Shown here: positions 62,643 to 64,000 of the stretch, one piece after another
Layout of the letters: every line of letters begins with the position of its first letter
Position numbering within the stretch: position 1 is the first letter of the stretch
Source of the DNA: Anolis carolinensis
Taxonomy: Eukaryota
Length of the DNA: 64,000 nucleotides
Assembly (NCBI RefSeq): GCF_035594765.1
Contig: NC_085842.1
Coordinates: forward strand, 30,232,782-30,296,781
Direction: 5' to 3'
Translations under genes and position numbers: made by a program
Notes under the pieces: generated by a model
Seen by the model: only the letters and a program-made list of their open reading frames with translations
Told to the model about the DNA's origin: nothing
The model's database searches: none

Positions 62643-62935
62643 GTTTTTTTTTGTGTCAGGAGCAAGTTGAGAAACTGCAAGTTGCTTCTGGTGTGAGAAA
62701 ATTGGCCGTCTGCAAGGACGTTGCCCAGGGGACGCCCAGATGTTTTTGATGTTTTTACCATCCTTGTGGGAGGCTTCTCTTATGTCCCCGCATGGAGCTG
62801 GAGCTGATAGAGGGAGCTCATCCACACTCTCCCCAGGTTGTATTCAAACCAGCAACCTTCAGGTCAGCAACGCAACCTTCAAATCATTAGTCCTCCTGGC
62901 ACAAGGGTTTAACCCACGGCACCACCAGTGGCTCA
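62643..62935 (-). mobile_element. tRNA-derived SINE with a head related to the Sauria SINE and a different tail
   Basis: Minus-strand head gagccactggtggtgccgtgggttaaacc, B box gtttgaatac, poly(A) tail. Confidence 0.7.
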
Positions 62936-62937
62936 TG

Positions 62938-62964
62938 GTAATAATAATAATAATAATAATAATG

Positions 62965-63013
<49 letters not shown>
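62938..63013. repeat. (AAT)n microsatellite
   Basis: Direct reading. Confidence 0.9.
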
Positions 63014-63016
<3 letters not shown>

Positions 63017-63234
63017 CTATATCCTGCCACCATCTCCCCAAAGGGACTCAGGGCGGCTTACAACGGGACCAAGCCCAATAATAGCAAAGCTAACCAAGTA
63101 AAATACATTTAAAAATGCAATAAACATATGACAATCTAATGAAAGTGTTAAAACGGTAAAGTATAAAAACATCATTAAAATAAATCAGAGACAATCTCAG
63201 TAACCAGAACCAGGACTAGACTGGACATATCAAA

Positions 63235-63935
63235 ATTGTTGAGTGTTAGCTGGCCCCAATGGTTTCCTGTCTGGAATTCCCCTGTTTTCTGCCTGTTGTT
63301 CTTTTTTTTTACTGTCCTGATTTAAGAGGTTTTTTAATACTGGTAGCCTGATTTTGTTTATTTTCATGGTTTCTTCCTTTCTGCTGAAATTGTCCACATG
63401 CCTGTGGATTTCAGTGGCTTCTCTGTGAGGTCTGACGTGGTGGTTGTTACAGTGGTCCCGCATTTTTGTGTTCTCAAATAATGTGCCGTGTCCAGGTTGG
63501 TTCATCAGGTGCTCTGCTATGGCTGACTTCTCTGGTTGAGTTAGTCTGCAGTGCCTTTCATGTTCCTTGATTCGTGTTTGGGAAATGCTGCTGTATTTGC
63601 TGGTCCCTATGTAGACTTATCCACAGCTGCATGGGATACGGTAGACTCCTGTAGAGGTGAGTGGATCCCTCTTGTCCTTTGCTAGATTTTCTTAGTGGGT
63701 TTGTAGTTAGTGTGTAGGTTGTGTTCCTTCATCAGCTTCCCTATGCGGTCAGTAGTTCCCTTGATGTATGGTAAGAACACTTTTCCTCTGGGTGGATCTT
63801 TGTCTTTCCTCTCATGGTTTGTTCTCGGTGTTGCAACTCTTCTGATGTCTGTGGTATAGTCCCCATTGGCCTGTAGAGCCCAGTTTAGGCGGTTCAGTTC
63901 ACTTTGGAGGAGGTTGGGTTCCCAGATTCTTTGTT
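63235..63935 (-). mobile_element. Penelope-like element, GIY-YIG endonuclease region
   Basis: GVYRIPCSCG.VYIGT, HLMNQPGHGTLFENT..REATEI; KVFLPYIKGTTDRIGKLM upstream. Confidence 0.9.
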
Positions 63936-64000
63936 GTTTTGTTTTGGGTTTTTTGGCCCCCAGAGATTATATGGGGATTTCCAAGCGGGCTAAGAACCTT

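Overview
Eukaryotic, repeat-rich squamate DNA. The repeat set (Sauria SINEs, Penelope, BovB-like RTE, L2, CR1, Dong/R4, hAT/Tc1/Harbinger MITEs) points to an anole-type lizard (inference). The left 38 kb holds three minus-strand, signal-peptide-bearing cholinesterase-like genes with a BCHE-type exon layout: one huge exon, a ~140-155 bp exon and a tiny last exon. Gene 1 has an intact ORF, but its nucleophile motif reads GHNGG (Ser to Asn), so it is a probable pseudoenzyme. Genes 2 and 3 are a ~11.5 kb tandem duplication (~93% aa identity in the large exon, 555 aa each by my splicing). They keep Ser/Glu/His, lack the choline-binding Trp and any tetramerisation or anchor tail, and differ mostly around the active-site gorge. 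Head-to-head with the cluster is a complete 5-coding-exon RPP21 gene (+, 176 aa), which is an MHC class I region gene in mammals. Near the right end are a composite minisatellite and a GC-rich promoter/first exon of an unidentified gene. Penelope repeats carry about 11 minimal hammerhead ribozyme motifs, two with intact cores. All gene models were spliced by hand and no database search was run.
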